From NCBI GenBank assembly GCA_002840305.1, contig PHAI01000002.1, positions 202,707 through 266,706 on the forward strand: a stretch of DNA of 64,000 nt. The letters are read 5' to 3'. Under the pieces are notes generated by a model, which did not search any database, had not been told where the DNA came from, and saw nothing but the letters and a program-made list of their open reading frames with translations. Origin of the DNA: Candidatus Falkowbacteria bacterium HGW-Falkowbacteria-1. GTDB taxonomy: Bacteria; Patescibacteriota; Patescibacteriia; Patescibacteriales; UBA12465. The position numbers and the translations under genes are program-made. The stretch's first letter is position 1; every line of letters starts with the position of its first letter. This document shows positions 27,998 through 38,522 of the stretch, one piece after another.

Positions 27998-29578
27998 TTA
28001 TTTGTACTCAATATTTATTTTATCTATTAAGAGAGGTGATCTTTTAATAATTTTTGGATAGAATATTAAATCGTAGGACTTTATTTCATTTATATTATCC
28101 AAATAAGCTTCTATTTGACTTTGATTTAAGTTACTAAGATGTTTTTTATTTATAAAGTCAGTTGATGCAGCCATTGTTCTGGCAGAAAAATTAGCTTTAA
28201 TTTCCGCTAAATTCTTAGCTGGATTAAAATTTACTAACTCATAAGAAAGCGAATCGGCACTAATTTCTGGGGCGTCTTGGTTGTTCTCTAATGACAACTT
28301 CTGCTTAGCTAAACGAACAACGTCATCGGTGTCAAAACTTATAATGTTTACAATATTTTTGATACTCAGCTTAAAACTGTCCACCTCATCTCCTATCTCA
28401 TTGTCATAACTAACAACTACTGCGTCTTCATCCATCTCAACAACATACTGTCGACCAGAATCTATGGCAGAGGAAGCCTTGGCGCTGGCCTGTGCTATTA
28501 ACTTTTGATTCAAATTTTCTATAGCATTATCTATATCGCTTTCCATTATATATTTTTTACTATCTTTCCTATATTCAAATTTTTGATAGCTTTCGGCATA
28601 AATTTTGTCCTGAATACCAGACCAAAGACCTGGAATGATAAATTTATCTGGATCAATGGCCATTTCTTCGGAAACGGAATCAGCATAAACATCAACTTCG
28701 ATTGAGCCTCCGGCCGGAACATTAACAGTATCTTTTATCCTAAATAATTTATCACCAGAACTAAGAAGTCGAGTAGTAGCCACTAATGGTTGGTTCTTTG
28801 AGTAATTATTTATTATTTTAACCTTACCCACCACCTCGCCACCAGAATTTTTTTCTCCGCTACTTTGAAAAACACCACTTTCTTCAATCTCAATCTTGCT
28901 AACGGATGATTTAATTGCTCTATCTAAATTAATTTGGTCTCCATCAACATAAGCATAAAAGTTTAGACTACTGCTAACATCATTTTTCTCAGGATAAATA
29001 ACCAAGGTTAGCTTAACGAAAGAAAAATAAGAAACTACCACCAAAAGAATGACTGTTAAAAATAAAAAGCGATAAACTATTTTTTTATAAAAATTTACAG
29101 ATCTTCCCTTAACATCGTCATGAGCAACTTTTGTTTCAATCTCGTTATTGCTTGCTAACTCCTCATCATCCACATACTCACTTTTCTCATCTTTATCTTC
29201 ATTATAAAGATTTTTATCTTCCTCGCTGGCGCTCACCTCTTCTCTTCTGTTTATTTCCTCCTTAACGGCCATAGCCTTATTAATGTTGAAGTCTTTGTCT
29301 TTTATTTTTTCAGCCATCAAGCGAAAAAATTCTTTTCTAGAATCAAGACTTTCTATGGTTGGCCTAGGAGTACTAGTTTGTCCTCCAATAATAGGGCTAC
29401 TTGCAGCAACAAATTCAGGTTTATTCTCCACGAAAACGGTCGAAGCTTTTTTCCCCTCAATATCAGAATCAAAAGCAGAGGGGAATCTCTTTTTTTCCTC
29501 TAACGGAATCTCATCCTTCGGCTCTTTGCTTCTTGGTTTTTTACTTATTGGTTTTATAGGAGGGTTTGTAAGTGGCAT
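27998..29578 (-). CDS. Single-TM hypothetical protein (baseplate J-like extracytoplasmic part)
   Basis: Disordered N-terminus, TM, QPLVATTRL, VPAGG, FIIPGL. Confidence 0.65.
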   Translation of the reverse strand: MPLTNPPIKPISKKPRSKEPKDEIPLEEKKRFPSAFDSDIEGKKASTVFVENKPEFVAASSPIIGGQTSTPRPTIESLDSRKEFFRLMAEKIKDKDFNINKAMAVKEEINRREEVSASEEDKNLYNEDKDEKSEYVDDEELASNNEIETKVAHDDVKGRSVNFYKKIVYRFLFLTVILLVVVSYFSFVKLTLVIYPEKNDVSSSLNFYAYVDGDQINLDRAIKSSVSKIEIEESGVFQSSGEKNSGGEVVGKVKIINNYSKNQPLVATTRLLSSGDKLFRIKDTVNVPAGGSIEVDVYADSVSEEMAIDPDKFIIPGLWSGIQDKIYAESYQKFEYRKDSKKYIMESDIDNAIENLNQKLIAQASAKASSAIDSGRQYVVEMDEDAVVVSYDNEIGDEVDSFKLSIKNIVNIISFDTDDVVRLAKQKLSLENNQDAPEISADSLSYELVNFNPAKNLAEIKANFSARTMAASTDFINKKHLSNLNQSQIEAYLDNINEIKSYDLIFYPKIIKRSPLLIDKINIEYK

Positions 29579-29641
29579 AATAAAAAAATTAATTATAAAA
29601 AGGAAATATAATCTACATAAATAATAACATTTTTTAATAAA

Positions 29642-32600
29642 TTAAACAACATCTAAAATATTAGAAAAGTTTTGCCTTAAATCATCTTTAACACTCGAAG
29701 AACTGTCAACTAAAATATCTAACTTGATTATTTTTTCCCCTTCGTATATCTTGGCTTTGATGAAGACAGAATCTTTACCAGGATATAGAACCAAAATACT
29801 TTTTATATTACCCATTTCCTCAACCGACAAACCACCCTTTAAAATTAAACTAAGAGATTTATTCTCAACTGATGCGACCTTAACTCCAAGCCAAGAACCT
29901 TGATTGTTATAATTCTTGTTAAATTGTCTTCTGGGAGCAACTTTAAAGCTCTTAAACTCTTCTAAAATTTTATCTACATTGTCTACTTCTAAAATCGAAA
30001 CCTTGTTTAATAATAACTTTATTTCTCCATCTTTGTCAGAAACGGTAGCATTCATAATAACAGTTTTCCCCTCTATCCAAATATCAAGACATGTTTTCAA
30101 AACTTTCGGAAACACAAGAATTTCCGTAAACGCTATTCCATCCTCTATTTTCACAAACAACATATTTTCGTTGTTCTTTGTTATGATTTTTTTAATAGAA
30201 GAAATAACTCCAGCCGTAACAACATTCTCTTGCTTTCTTTGATTTAAATCAGATAAAAAAACTATGGAACCAGAGAGTTTGTTTTTAAAAGCACCAAAAG
30301 GATGCTCGGAAACATAGAGCCCCAAAAGCTCCTTTTCCCATTGTAATTTTGTTTGATCACTTATTTCTTGTTTTTTATCAAGTTTTGGAAAAGAAAAAAT
30401 TGAAGCTTGGGGAGAATCAAAAAACAAGCTAACTTGAGGACTATTTTTTAATTTTGATGATTCTTTATTGAAATTCAATAAAATATCAGAACTACCCAAG
30501 AGAATTTCCCTGCTATCAAACTGATCAAAAGCTCCACACTTTATTAAGCTTTCCAAAGATTTTTTATTAAGATCCTTATCAGTAACTCTTTGCAAAAAAT
30601 CAAAAATATCGTTAAACTTTCCGCTTCCTTTTCTTTCTTTTATTATTTCCTCAACTATATGGCTTCCAACATTTTTAATTGCATTCAATCCAAAACGAAT
30701 TATTTTCGATTGCTCTTTCTCGTCAACTGCTTTATTTTCTTTAGTCCCACTGGTCACAACAGTAAAAGAAGCAAAGGATTCATTTATATCCGGAGGCGCT
30801 ATTTCGATCCCCATTTTACGACACTCCTCTATCTCAATAGAAATACGATCAGTATCGTTTTGGTCGGCAGTGAGTAAAGAGGCCATAAACTCAGCCGGAT
30901 AATGAGCCTTCAAATAAGCGGTCTGATAAGCAATTAACGCATAACAAGCCGCGTGAGAACGATTAAATCCATACCCAGCGAAAGGCTCAATAAAAGCAAA
31001 TATTTTTTCGGCTAAATTTTTAGCTATTTTATTATTAACGCAACCATTCACAAATTTTTCTTTTTGTTCGGCTAACAATTCTGGTATTTTTTTACCCATA
31101 GCTTTTCTAAGCGTATCAGCTTCGCCTTTACTAAACCCGGCTAACTCGCGGGAAATTTGCATTACCTGCTCCTGATAAATTGCCACACCATAAGTTTTAC
31201 TTAAAATAGGCTCCAATTTGGAATGAATATAACTCATTTCTCTTCCATGTTTTCCTTTAATATAGTCAGGTATCCACTCCATAGGTCCTGGGCGATACAG
31301 GGCCACCATAGCAATAATGTCCTCGAATTCGCTCGGTCTCAAATCCTTTAAATATCTCTTCATTCCGCCCGATTCAAATTGAAATACTCCGGTTGTTTCG
31401 GCTTTTTTAAAAACAGTAAAAGTTTTTTTATCTTCCAAGGGGATTTTATCTATATTTATCTCAATATTTCTGGTATTTTTAATTATTTTTATAGCCGATT
31501 CAATAATGGTTAAATTCTTTAACCCCAAGAAATCCATTTTCAACAAACCTAAATCCTCAACCGGATGAAGGGAATATTGGGAAACAATGCTTTTATCAGA
31601 AGAAGACGCATACTGAAGCGGCACGTAGTTTGTCAAAGGCTCTTTGGTAATTAAAACACCGCAAGCATGAGTTGAGGCGTGACGAGAGACTCCCTCTAAT
31701 TTACGAGCATAATCTAATATTCTTTTCGCTGCTGGTTCTTTCTTGTAAATATCTTTTAACTCTACAATATTTTCTAAGGCATCTTTTATCTTATAATTCA
31801 TTGGAACCATTTTGGCCAACTTGTCACAATAATCATATGGCTCATCCAAAACTCTGCCTACATCTCTAATGGCAGCTCTAGCGGCCATAGTTCCAAAGGT
31901 TATAATTTGAGAAACGTTATCTTTGCCATATTTAGTCTCAACATAATGAATAACCTCATCTCTTCTGACGTCAGCAAAGTCCAAATCAATATCAGGCATT
32001 GATATTCTTTCTGGATTTAAAAATCTTTCAAATAAGAGATCATATTTTAACGGATCTAGATTGGTAATCCCGGTTAAATAACAAACTAAAGACCCAGCGG
32101 CGCTACCTCTGCCGGGACCAACAACTATTTTATTTTCCTTAGCCCAATTAACAAAATCAGCCACAATCAAAAAATAAGAGGGCCAACCCATATCACCTAT
32201 AACCTCTAGTTCATAATCCATCCTCTTTCTGTGCTCCACCAAGTCTTTTTCACTAAAATCTGGATAACGTTTCAATATTCCATCTTCACATATTTTTTTC
32301 AAATAAGATGACTGATTATAACCATCTGGCACCTCAAAGTGAGGCAAGTGAACTTCATCCAAGGAAATTTCCACATTGCACATTTCGGCTATTTTAACGG
32401 TATTAGACAAAGCTTCCGGTATTTCTTTAAAAGCTTCGGCCAATTCTTTAGGGTCACGACAGGAATAATCACCATGCCCCATCATTTTCATCCTGTCTTC
32501 GTCTTCTCTTTTCTTTTTATTTTGCAAACAAAGAAGAATGTCTTGTGCCTCATCATCACTCTTCTCTAAATAATGGATATCATTAGTAACAATAAGAGGA

Positions 32601-33196
32601 ACTCCCAACTCTTTAGAAAGCTGTACAAATTTTTTGTTCAGTTTACTTTGCCCTTCTAATTCAGGATGATCCATCATTTCTAAGTAAAAATTACCTTGAC
32701 CGAAGAGATTGTTATATTCCAAAATCCTTTCCTTGGCTCTATCAATTTTATCAGCCAAAATCAAAGATGGTATTTCCCCTCCCAAACAGGCAGTAGAGGC
32801 TATCAGCCCTTCATGATATTTCTGAAGTAACTCCCAATCAATACGAGGTTTATAATAAAAACCCTCTAAATGAGCCAGGGACACTAACTTTATTAAGTTC
32901 TGATAACCCTTATTATTTTTGGCCAACAAAAGAATATGATAATTCCTAGCATCCTCTCTCGTGTTTTTATCATGACGAGAATTAGGAGCTAGATATAATT
33001 CAACCCCAATAATTGGTTTAATTCCTGCCTTTTTGCATTTTTTATAAAATTCAATAGCGCCATACATAACACCATGATCAGTTATGGCTACGGCTGGACA
33101 CCCCTGCTCTTTAACCTTGGCAATAAAATCATCAATATTAGTAAGGCCGTCAAGCAAGGAATAATGTGTGTGATTATGAAGGTGGACAAAAGACAT
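29642..33196 (-). CDS. dnaE: DNA polymerase III alpha subunit
   Basis: HLHNHTHYSLLDG, GPGRGSAAGS, SMPDIDLDF, YGFNRSH; no intein evident. Confidence 0.98.
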   Translation of the reverse strand: MSFVHLHNHTHYSLLDGLTNIDDFIAKVKEQGCPAVAITDHGVMYGAIEFYKKCKKAGIKPIIGVELYLAPNSRHDKNTREDARNYHILLLAKNNKGYQNLIKLVSLAHLEGFYYKPRIDWELLQKYHEGLIASTACLGGEIPSLILADKIDRAKERILEYNNLFGQGNFYLEMMDHPELEGQSKLNKKFVQLSKELGVPLIVTNDIHYLEKSDDEAQDILLCLQNKKKREDEDRMKMMGHGDYSCRDPKELAEAFKEIPEALSNTVKIAEMCNVEISLDEVHLPHFEVPDGYNQSSYLKKICEDGILKRYPDFSEKDLVEHRKRMDYELEVIGDMGWPSYFLIVADFVNWAKENKIVVGPGRGSAAGSLVCYLTGITNLDPLKYDLLFERFLNPERISMPDIDLDFADVRRDEVIHYVETKYGKDNVSQIITFGTMAARAAIRDVGRVLDEPYDYCDKLAKMVPMNYKIKDALENIVELKDIYKKEPAAKRILDYARKLEGVSRHASTHACGVLITKEPLTNYVPLQYASSSDKSIVSQYSLHPVEDLGLLKMDFLGLKNLTIIESAIKIIKNTRNIEINIDKIPLEDKKTFTVFKKAETTGVFQFESGGMKRYLKDLRPSEFEDIIAMVALYRPGPMEWIPDYIKGKHGREMSYIHSKLEPILSKTYGVAIYQEQVMQISRELAGFSKGEADTLRKAMGKKIPELLAEQKEKFVNGCVNNKIAKNLAEKIFAFIEPFAGYGFNRSHAACYALIAYQTAYLKAHYPAEFMASLLTADQNDTDRISIEIEECRKMGIEIAPPDINESFASFTVVTSGTKENKAVDEKEQSKIIRFGLNAIKNVGSHIVEEIIKERKGSGKFNDIFDFLQRVTDKDLNKKSLESLIKCGAFDQFDSREILLGSSDILLNFNKESSKLKNSPQVSLFFDSPQASIFSFPKLDKKQEISDQTKLQWEKELLGLYVSEHPFGAFKNKLSGSIVFLSDLNQRKQENVVTAGVISSIKKIITKNNENMLFVKIEDGIAFTEILVFPKVLKTCLDIWIEGKTVIMNATVSDKDGEIKLLLNKVSILEVDNVDKILEEFKSFKVAPRRQFNKNYNNQGSWLGVKVASVENKSLSLILKGGLSVEEMGNIKSILVLYPGKDSVFIKAKIYEGEKIIKLDILVDSSSSVKDDLRQNFSNILDVV

Positions 33197-33268
33197 CTTA
33201 AATAAATTAAATTATAATAAACAAATATCGTTTCTATTATATACAATTCTGGAGTTAAAAACAAATAT

Positions 33269-33313
33269 ATTAAGATTATTAGGATTCTTGGGATTATTAA
33301 GATTTTTAGGATA
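33269..33313. repeat. Degenerate 9-bp tandem repeat x5
   Basis: ATTAAGATT ATTAGGATT CTTGGGATT ATTAAGATT TTTAGGATA. Confidence 0.7.
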
Positions 33314-33329
33314 TTGAACTATATTTTTT

Positions 33330-33357
33330 AAAAAAATCCGAGAACGATGTCTCGGAT
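33330..33357 (-). terminator. Intrinsic terminator
   Basis: ATCCGAGA/TCTCGGAT stem with U-tract on minus strand. Confidence 0.65.
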
Positions 33358-33373
33358 ATAAACAAATTGTTTC

Positions 33374-33577
33374 TTACTTCCCTTTTTCGGGAATGAAATC
33401 ACTTTCTTTTTGATATTTATTGGAATAAAAACCAATAAATAAGATTATAGAAAGGAAAAAAGATGAAATAATATTCGAAAAAATATTAACCAAGCTTTCT
33501 TCCTTGCCTATAAAGGACAAAACGAAAATAATTGAAAAAATAACGCCAAAAGTAACAAAAAAATTTCTCATTATCAA
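33374..33577 (-). CDS. Small two-TM hypothetical protein
   Basis: 67-aa hydrophobic ORF after parB, followed by terminator. Confidence 0.5.
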   Translation of the reverse strand: MIMRNFFVTFGVIFSIIFVLSFIGKEESLVNIFSNIISSFFLSIILFIGFYSNKYQKESDFIPEKGK

Positions 33578-33599
33578 ACATTTTTAGTTAAAAACTCAT

Positions 33600-34478
33600 T
33601 TATTTTATTTTTTTTACAAGTTCTCTCAAATCCTCCTCGGAATAAAAGAAAACTGTAACAGTTCCTCCTTTTTTATTTCTTCTTATTTCAACTTTAGTGT
33701 TGAAAATTTTTTGCAATCTATCTTGATAAACTGCATCTTGGCCACCATTTAAAATCTTTGTCTTTTTGGTGCCCCCAGAGTTTTTTATTAAATTATCAGT
33801 TTCTTTAACTGATAGGTTATTATATATTATTTTTTTAAAAACAGCTAGTTGTTTCACTTCGCTATCAAGGCCCAAAAGATATTTGGCATGAGCTTCGCTA
33901 ATTTGCCCTTTGGCCAAAGCATCTTTTATCTCTTCCGGCAAATTCAAAAATCTTAGAATGTTGGCGATTGAAGATCTCGCCTTGCTCAATTTCTTCGATA
34001 AATCCTCTTGAGTTAAATTAAATTCGTTAATCAATTGATTGTAGGCAACAGCTGATTCGATTGGATTCAAATTTTCTCTCTGTAAATTTTCAATCAAAGC
34101 TAGCTCTAATTTTTTTTGTTCACTGACCTGCCTGACAATAACGGGGACCTCTCTTAGATTTAATTCCAAGGCACTACGCAACCTTCTCTCTCCGGCAATT
34201 AACTCATATTTGTCATTCTTCCTGCTAACTACTAATGGCTGTATTATTCCGTACTCTTTAATAGAATTTATAAGATCGTTTAAGGCGATTGGCTCAAAGT
34301 TTTTTCTAGGCTGGTAAGGATTAGCTACGATCTCTTCTGGTCTAACCATAATTATCTGATTTTCGTTACTAATAGTCAAAGAATCGCCATCGTTTAATTT
34401 AAAATCAGAATAATTAGAAGCATTAACCTTTTTTGGAATTAAAGAGTCTAATCCTCGTCCTAAACCTTTTTTGAGCAT
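33600..34478 (-). CDS. parB: Chromosome partitioning protein ParB/Spo0J
   Basis: GLGRGLDSLI, NPYQPR, IAGERR, ENLQRENLNPIE. Confidence 0.97.
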   Translation of the reverse strand: MLKKGLGRGLDSLIPKKVNASNYSDFKLNDGDSLTISNENQIIMVRPEEIVANPYQPRKNFEPIALNDLINSIKEYGIIQPLVVSRKNDKYELIAGERRLRSALELNLREVPVIVRQVSEQKKLELALIENLQRENLNPIESAVAYNQLINEFNLTQEDLSKKLSKARSSIANILRFLNLPEEIKDALAKGQISEAHAKYLLGLDSEVKQLAVFKKIIYNNLSVKETDNLIKNSGGTKKTKILNGGQDAVYQDRLQKIFNTKVEIRRNKKGGTVTVFFYSEEDLRELVKKIK

Positions 34479-34529
34479 ATTTTTAGTTGTCCGCCGTAGC
34501 TTTTCTTAAATAGCAAAGGAGGATGTTTA

Positions 34530-35291
34530 TTAATTTAATTCTATAATTTCTTTCGCTAATCCTTCATAAGCTCTAGCCCCAACTGACTTTGGGTCATACT
34601 GCAAAATACTTTGTCCATAGCTAGGGGCCTCGGCCAAACGAACACTTCTGGGAATAATCGACTTGAACACTTTATTGGGAAAATATTTATATAGTTCATC
34701 CTTAACCAAAGACGATAATCTGTTCCTTTTATCAAACATGGTTATGGCGACACCCATTATCCCCAAAGATGGTTTCAAGTTATTTTGAATCAAAGATATG
34801 GTTTCAAGAAGTTGCCCCAAGCCTTCAAGAGCGTAGTATTCACTCTGAATTGGAATAATAACTTGATCAGAGGCTGTTAAGCTATTCACAGTCAAAAGAC
34901 CCAATGAAGGCGGCCCGTCGATTATAATATAATCAAATCTATCCTTAACACCCTCCAATGCTGAAGACAAGCGAAATTCTCTATTGTCTAAATTCACCAA
35001 TTCTACCGAGGCGCCAGAAAGAGCAATGGTCGCTGGAATAATATAATAATTTTCTTGTTTTGTTTTAATAACAGCATCAAACAAAGAACATTCTCCAATT
35101 AAAACATCATAAATGCCTTTTTCTACCTGTCTGTGATTTACGCCTAGACCGGAACTGGCATTAGCCTGAGGGTCGAGGTCAACTAGTAATACTTTTTTAC
35201 CGAAATAAGCCAAATAAGCACCTATATTAACAGAGGTCGTTGTTTTACCGACGCCTCCCTTTTGATTAACTATAGAAATTATTTTTCCCAT
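34530..35291 (-). CDS. parA: Chromosome partitioning ATPase ParA/Soj
   Basis: NQKGGVGKTT, DLDPQAN, PPSLGLLT, LAEAPSYG. Confidence 0.97.
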   Translation of the reverse strand: MGKIISIVNQKGGVGKTTTSVNIGAYLAYFGKKVLLVDLDPQANASSGLGVNHRQVEKGIYDVLIGECSLFDAVIKTKQENYYIIPATIALSGASVELVNLDNREFRLSSALEGVKDRFDYIIIDGPPSLGLLTVNSLTASDQVIIPIQSEYYALEGLGQLLETISLIQNNLKPSLGIMGVAITMFDKRNRLSSLVKDELYKYFPNKVFKSIIPRSVRLAEAPSYGQSILQYDPKSVGARAYEGLAKEIIELN

Positions 35292-35335
35292 ATTGAAATA
35301 TATAACAGAGACCGAAGTGTTTTAGAATAAACTAA

Positions 35336-36625
35336 TTATAACTTATAATTCTGTTTTGAGCAAATGCTTTTTTGAGCGGCACTTTCGCCAGCTAGATAAC
35401 CAGTGCTCCAACAAACTTGTAAATTATAGCCCCCAGTAGGACCATCTATATTCAAAACCTCGCCAGCTATGAAAAGATTTTTGATCATCTTTGATCTCAT
35501 AGTTTTAGGGTCAACCTCATCTAATGCTACGCCACCAGCTGTTAACATAGCTCTATCATAGGAGGCCACTGACTCCACTTCCAACACAAAAGACTTAAGA
35601 AAACCAACAATAGCAACTCTTTCCTCTTTTTTTGTTTCAGATCCAGGTTTTTCAAAATCTATTTTATAATTCCTAATAATATACAAAATTAATTTAGGAG
35701 GGATAATTTCCGATAATAAATTTTTGAATATTTTTTTGGGGGAAGTTAATATTATGCTTTTAATTTTTTCATCTAGAATTTGAAAACTAAATTCTGGGAA
35801 GAAATCAATTTCTAAAAAAACACTCTTATTATTTTTTAAAAGAAGCAATGAAACCTTAGAGCTAATATCAAAAATGGCCGGCCCACTTAAACCGTTGGAA
35901 GTAAAAATAGCATCGCCAATAATGCTTATTATCTCCTTCCCCTTTTTATTGCAGTCAGAATACAAAGAAAACTTTACATTTTTCAGGCTCAAACCCTCAA
36001 GATCTTTTATCTTTTTATCTTTTACGAAGACTGGGCTCAGAGCGGGACGAAGATCACTTATTTTATGACCCATGTTTTTTAAGAAAGAATAACCTTCTCC
36101 GCTTGATCCAGTCATGGGATAGGATAATCCTCCCGTACAAACAATAAAATTATCGGCCAATATCTTTTCTCCGCCTTTAAGCAAAACAAAGTTCAATTTT
36201 TCTTTTTCAAAAACAAAATCAGAAACTTCCGTGCTTGTCATTATTTTCACTTTCGACTTTAATAAACAAGAAAGAAGAACGTCTCTGACGTCGAGAGAGC
36301 TATCAGACAGAGGAAAAACTTTTCCTCCATCTTCCACCTTGGTTTTAAGTCCTTTAGAATTAAAGAATTCAACAATATCATTTGGGCCAAACTTGTACCA
36401 AGCTGAATATAAAAATTTACCTTCTGGCCCGAATTTTTCTGGTAGAACCTTAATATTATTTATTAGATTGCTAAAGTTACACCTTCCTCCACCAGCGAGC
36501 AAAAGCTTCAAGCCTAATTCCTGTTTTTTTTCCAATAAAATAACTTTAGCTCCCAACTTTGCAGCTGAAATTGCGGCAATCATTCCAGAAGGGCCTCCCC
36601 CAATAACGGCTACATTATAACGCAT
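35336..36625 (-). CDS. HI0933/BaiN-family flavoprotein
   Basis: IGGGPSG, GGGRCNFSN, TGGLSYP, TAGGV, TGGYNLQ; start MRYNVAV at 36625. Confidence 0.92.
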   Translation of the reverse strand: MRYNVAVIGGGPSGMIAAISAAKLGAKVILLEKKQELGLKLLLAGGGRCNFSNLINNIKVLPEKFGPEGKFLYSAWYKFGPNDIVEFFNSKGLKTKVEDGGKVFPLSDSSLDVRDVLLSCLLKSKVKIMTSTEVSDFVFEKEKLNFVLLKGGEKILADNFIVCTGGLSYPMTGSSGEGYSFLKNMGHKISDLRPALSPVFVKDKKIKDLEGLSLKNVKFSLYSDCNKKGKEIISIIGDAIFTSNGLSGPAIFDISSKVSLLLLKNNKSVFLEIDFFPEFSFQILDEKIKSIILTSPKKIFKNLLSEIIPPKLILYIIRNYKIDFEKPGSETKKEERVAIVGFLKSFVLEVESVASYDRAMLTAGGVALDEVDPKTMRSKMIKNLFIAGEVLNIDGPTGGYNLQVCWSTGYLAGESAAQKSICSKQNYKL

Positions 36626-36653
36626 AATTTTTATATAATTATAATAAGATATT

Positions 36654-38375
36654 CTACCAACCTCCGCCTCCGCCGCCTCCGCCGCCTCCGCCAGAAGATC
36701 CGCCGCCAGAAGATCCAGAAGAAGATGGAGAAATATTATTAGAAATGCTCCTAGTAACAGAATCGATGCTGGAAATAAAACCATCCAAGCCGGAAGCCGC
36801 CGCCGCTCCAATTAAAAAACTAGGATTATAATTATTTGAGTATTCTTCACTATAAATATCTTTCATTTTCTTCAGCCATTTTTTAGTCATCTTAAATAAA
36901 ATAGCATATGGTAAAAATTTTTCCATAACACCTTCTTTCTCATTAAATTGAGACCGATATTTCTCGGCCGTATTTAGATAAAGCTTAAAACATTTGATTC
37001 TCCAATTGAGCTCCGTCCCCGCCTCCGTTCTTTTGGACATTAAAGAACCAAAGACTATCATCATTACTGCGCAAACAGGCAAAGAAAACAAGGGGAAAAT
37101 AAAAAAAGAAAGAAATAAAAGTAAAAAACCAAAAATAATTAAATATTTTTGAGTATTAAAACTTTTTTTATAAATAAATCCTCGCGAATCCAAATCATCC
37201 AAAACCATTCTTGAAACCTCCTTTATGTAGCTAGGGAAATAAATTTTGAGATCAATAAAAGAAATCTCTGTACCATTATAAAATATTTTTTCTAATAAAT
37301 ATTTTTCACCCAAATAAATATCCTCCGCAATTTTTTTATCAGTGCGAATAAACTTATACTGCAATCCAAATATTTTTATTTGAGACTCTAAAGCCTCGAT
37401 TTTCAAATAACCTTTAACCGCTAAATTCAAAATTGAAGCCGTGATAGCGTCATTATTAAGACCACCGCTACTAATTATTCCACTCATTTCTAGGGGGCTC
37501 AGATTATCTGGAATATCAAATTCAGCAATAATAGTTTTCTTGCCCTTTGGATCCTTGCCATACTTGAGCCACAAACGGTATAGTACAAAGAAAACAAACA
37601 AAATAAGTCCAATATTTATAAACAAAATTAATACAAAAAATTTTTTTACATAATCGCCACCGCTTTTAAGGCTGCCAATATAAGGCGTGACTAAATCTTT
37701 GGGCAAAGTGCTTGAAACGGTTAACCCTGTTCCTATTGGTATTATACGATTGCTTTTAAAAAACAAAGTATTATCATTTAGCCATTCATAGGAGAACGAA
37801 TCGTCATTCTTCTCTCCTAGAGACCCAGAATAATAATACATTTCCGAGCTATCTTTGTTAAAACCATCTGGGAAAATTATTTTAGCCTCAAAGTTGTCTA
37901 TTTCTAAATCCCAAAAATTACCTAGAATATTCCAATACAATTCAGCAAAATTTTCATTTTCAAAGCGGATGGCATTTTGAATTTTATATTTAATTAGATA
38001 TTCGTTTTCTCCTCTAACCTCAACGTTAGCATCTCCTATTTTGAGAACAAGGACGTCTCTTTGTTTTTCTCTTGTATAATTCAACGGGCGACCGAAAAAA
38101 TCACTCACAGATATATTTTCAATTGGAGTCTGAAAATCACCATCAACGGTTTTATAAACCAAAGGTATAGACCTAAAAATACCATGCTTACCACTGGCGC
38201 TACCACAGTCGGCAATTATGTTTTCGCTTACATCCAAAGAAGAATCAGGGTTGACAACGATTTCTATATTGAAATCTTTTATATACCAATAATCAACATT
38301 GGATCTAGCAAAACTACTTTTAGTGAACAGGAGAGAAAAACAAAAAAATATAAAAAATATTAATAGTTTTTTCAT
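36654..38375 (-). CDS. DUF2207-family membrane protein
   Basis: Signal peptide, KHGIFRSIP, ELYWN, LPYA, C-terminal poly-Gly-W. Confidence 0.9.
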   Translation of the reverse strand: MKKLLIFFIFFCFSLLFTKSSFARSNVDYWYIKDFNIEIVVNPDSSLDVSENIIADCGSASGKHGIFRSIPLVYKTVDGDFQTPIENISVSDFFGRPLNYTREKQRDVLVLKIGDANVEVRGENEYLIKYKIQNAIRFENENFAELYWNILGNFWDLEIDNFEAKIIFPDGFNKDSSEMYYYSGSLGEKNDDSFSYEWLNDNTLFFKSNRIIPIGTGLTVSSTLPKDLVTPYIGSLKSGGDYVKKFFVLILFINIGLILFVFFVLYRLWLKYGKDPKGKKTIIAEFDIPDNLSPLEMSGIISSGGLNNDAITASILNLAVKGYLKIEALESQIKIFGLQYKFIRTDKKIAEDIYLGEKYLLEKIFYNGTEISFIDLKIYFPSYIKEVSRMVLDDLDSRGFIYKKSFNTQKYLIIFGFLLLFLSFFIFPLFSLPVCAVMMIVFGSLMSKRTEAGTELNWRIKCFKLYLNTAEKYRSQFNEKEGVMEKFLPYAILFKMTKKWLKKMKDIYSEEYSNNYNPSFLIGAAAASGLDGFISSIDSVTRSISNNISPSSSGSSGGGSSGGGGGGGGGGGW

Positions 38376-38522
38376 AATTTTAAAAATAAATAAAAATTAC
38401 AATATATCTTTATAATATAACAAAAAAGCTTTAAAAGCAAAGTTCTCTCAAAAATACTAAGCCATGTTAAAATATTTGAAAAAAGCACCTCGATTGAGAT
38501 GCTAAAAATTGTCGAAGCTTGA

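Noticed and set aside
27998..29578. Prophage or contractile system from baseplate J-like similarity
   Set aside because: Single TM-anchored gene among housekeeping genes with no other phage genes nearby
33200..35330. parS site or oriC near parAB
   Set aside because: No TGTTTCACGTGAAACA-like palindrome or DnaA-box cluster spotted by eye
36657..36730. GC-rich CCGCCT/CCAGAAGAT tandem repeats
   Set aside because: They encode the normal Ser/Gly-rich C-terminus of DUF2207 proteins
36626..36811. N-terminal extension of ORF 35336..36811
   Set aside because: It is an alternate-frame reading of the DUF2207 poly-Gly tail; the real start is ATG 36625
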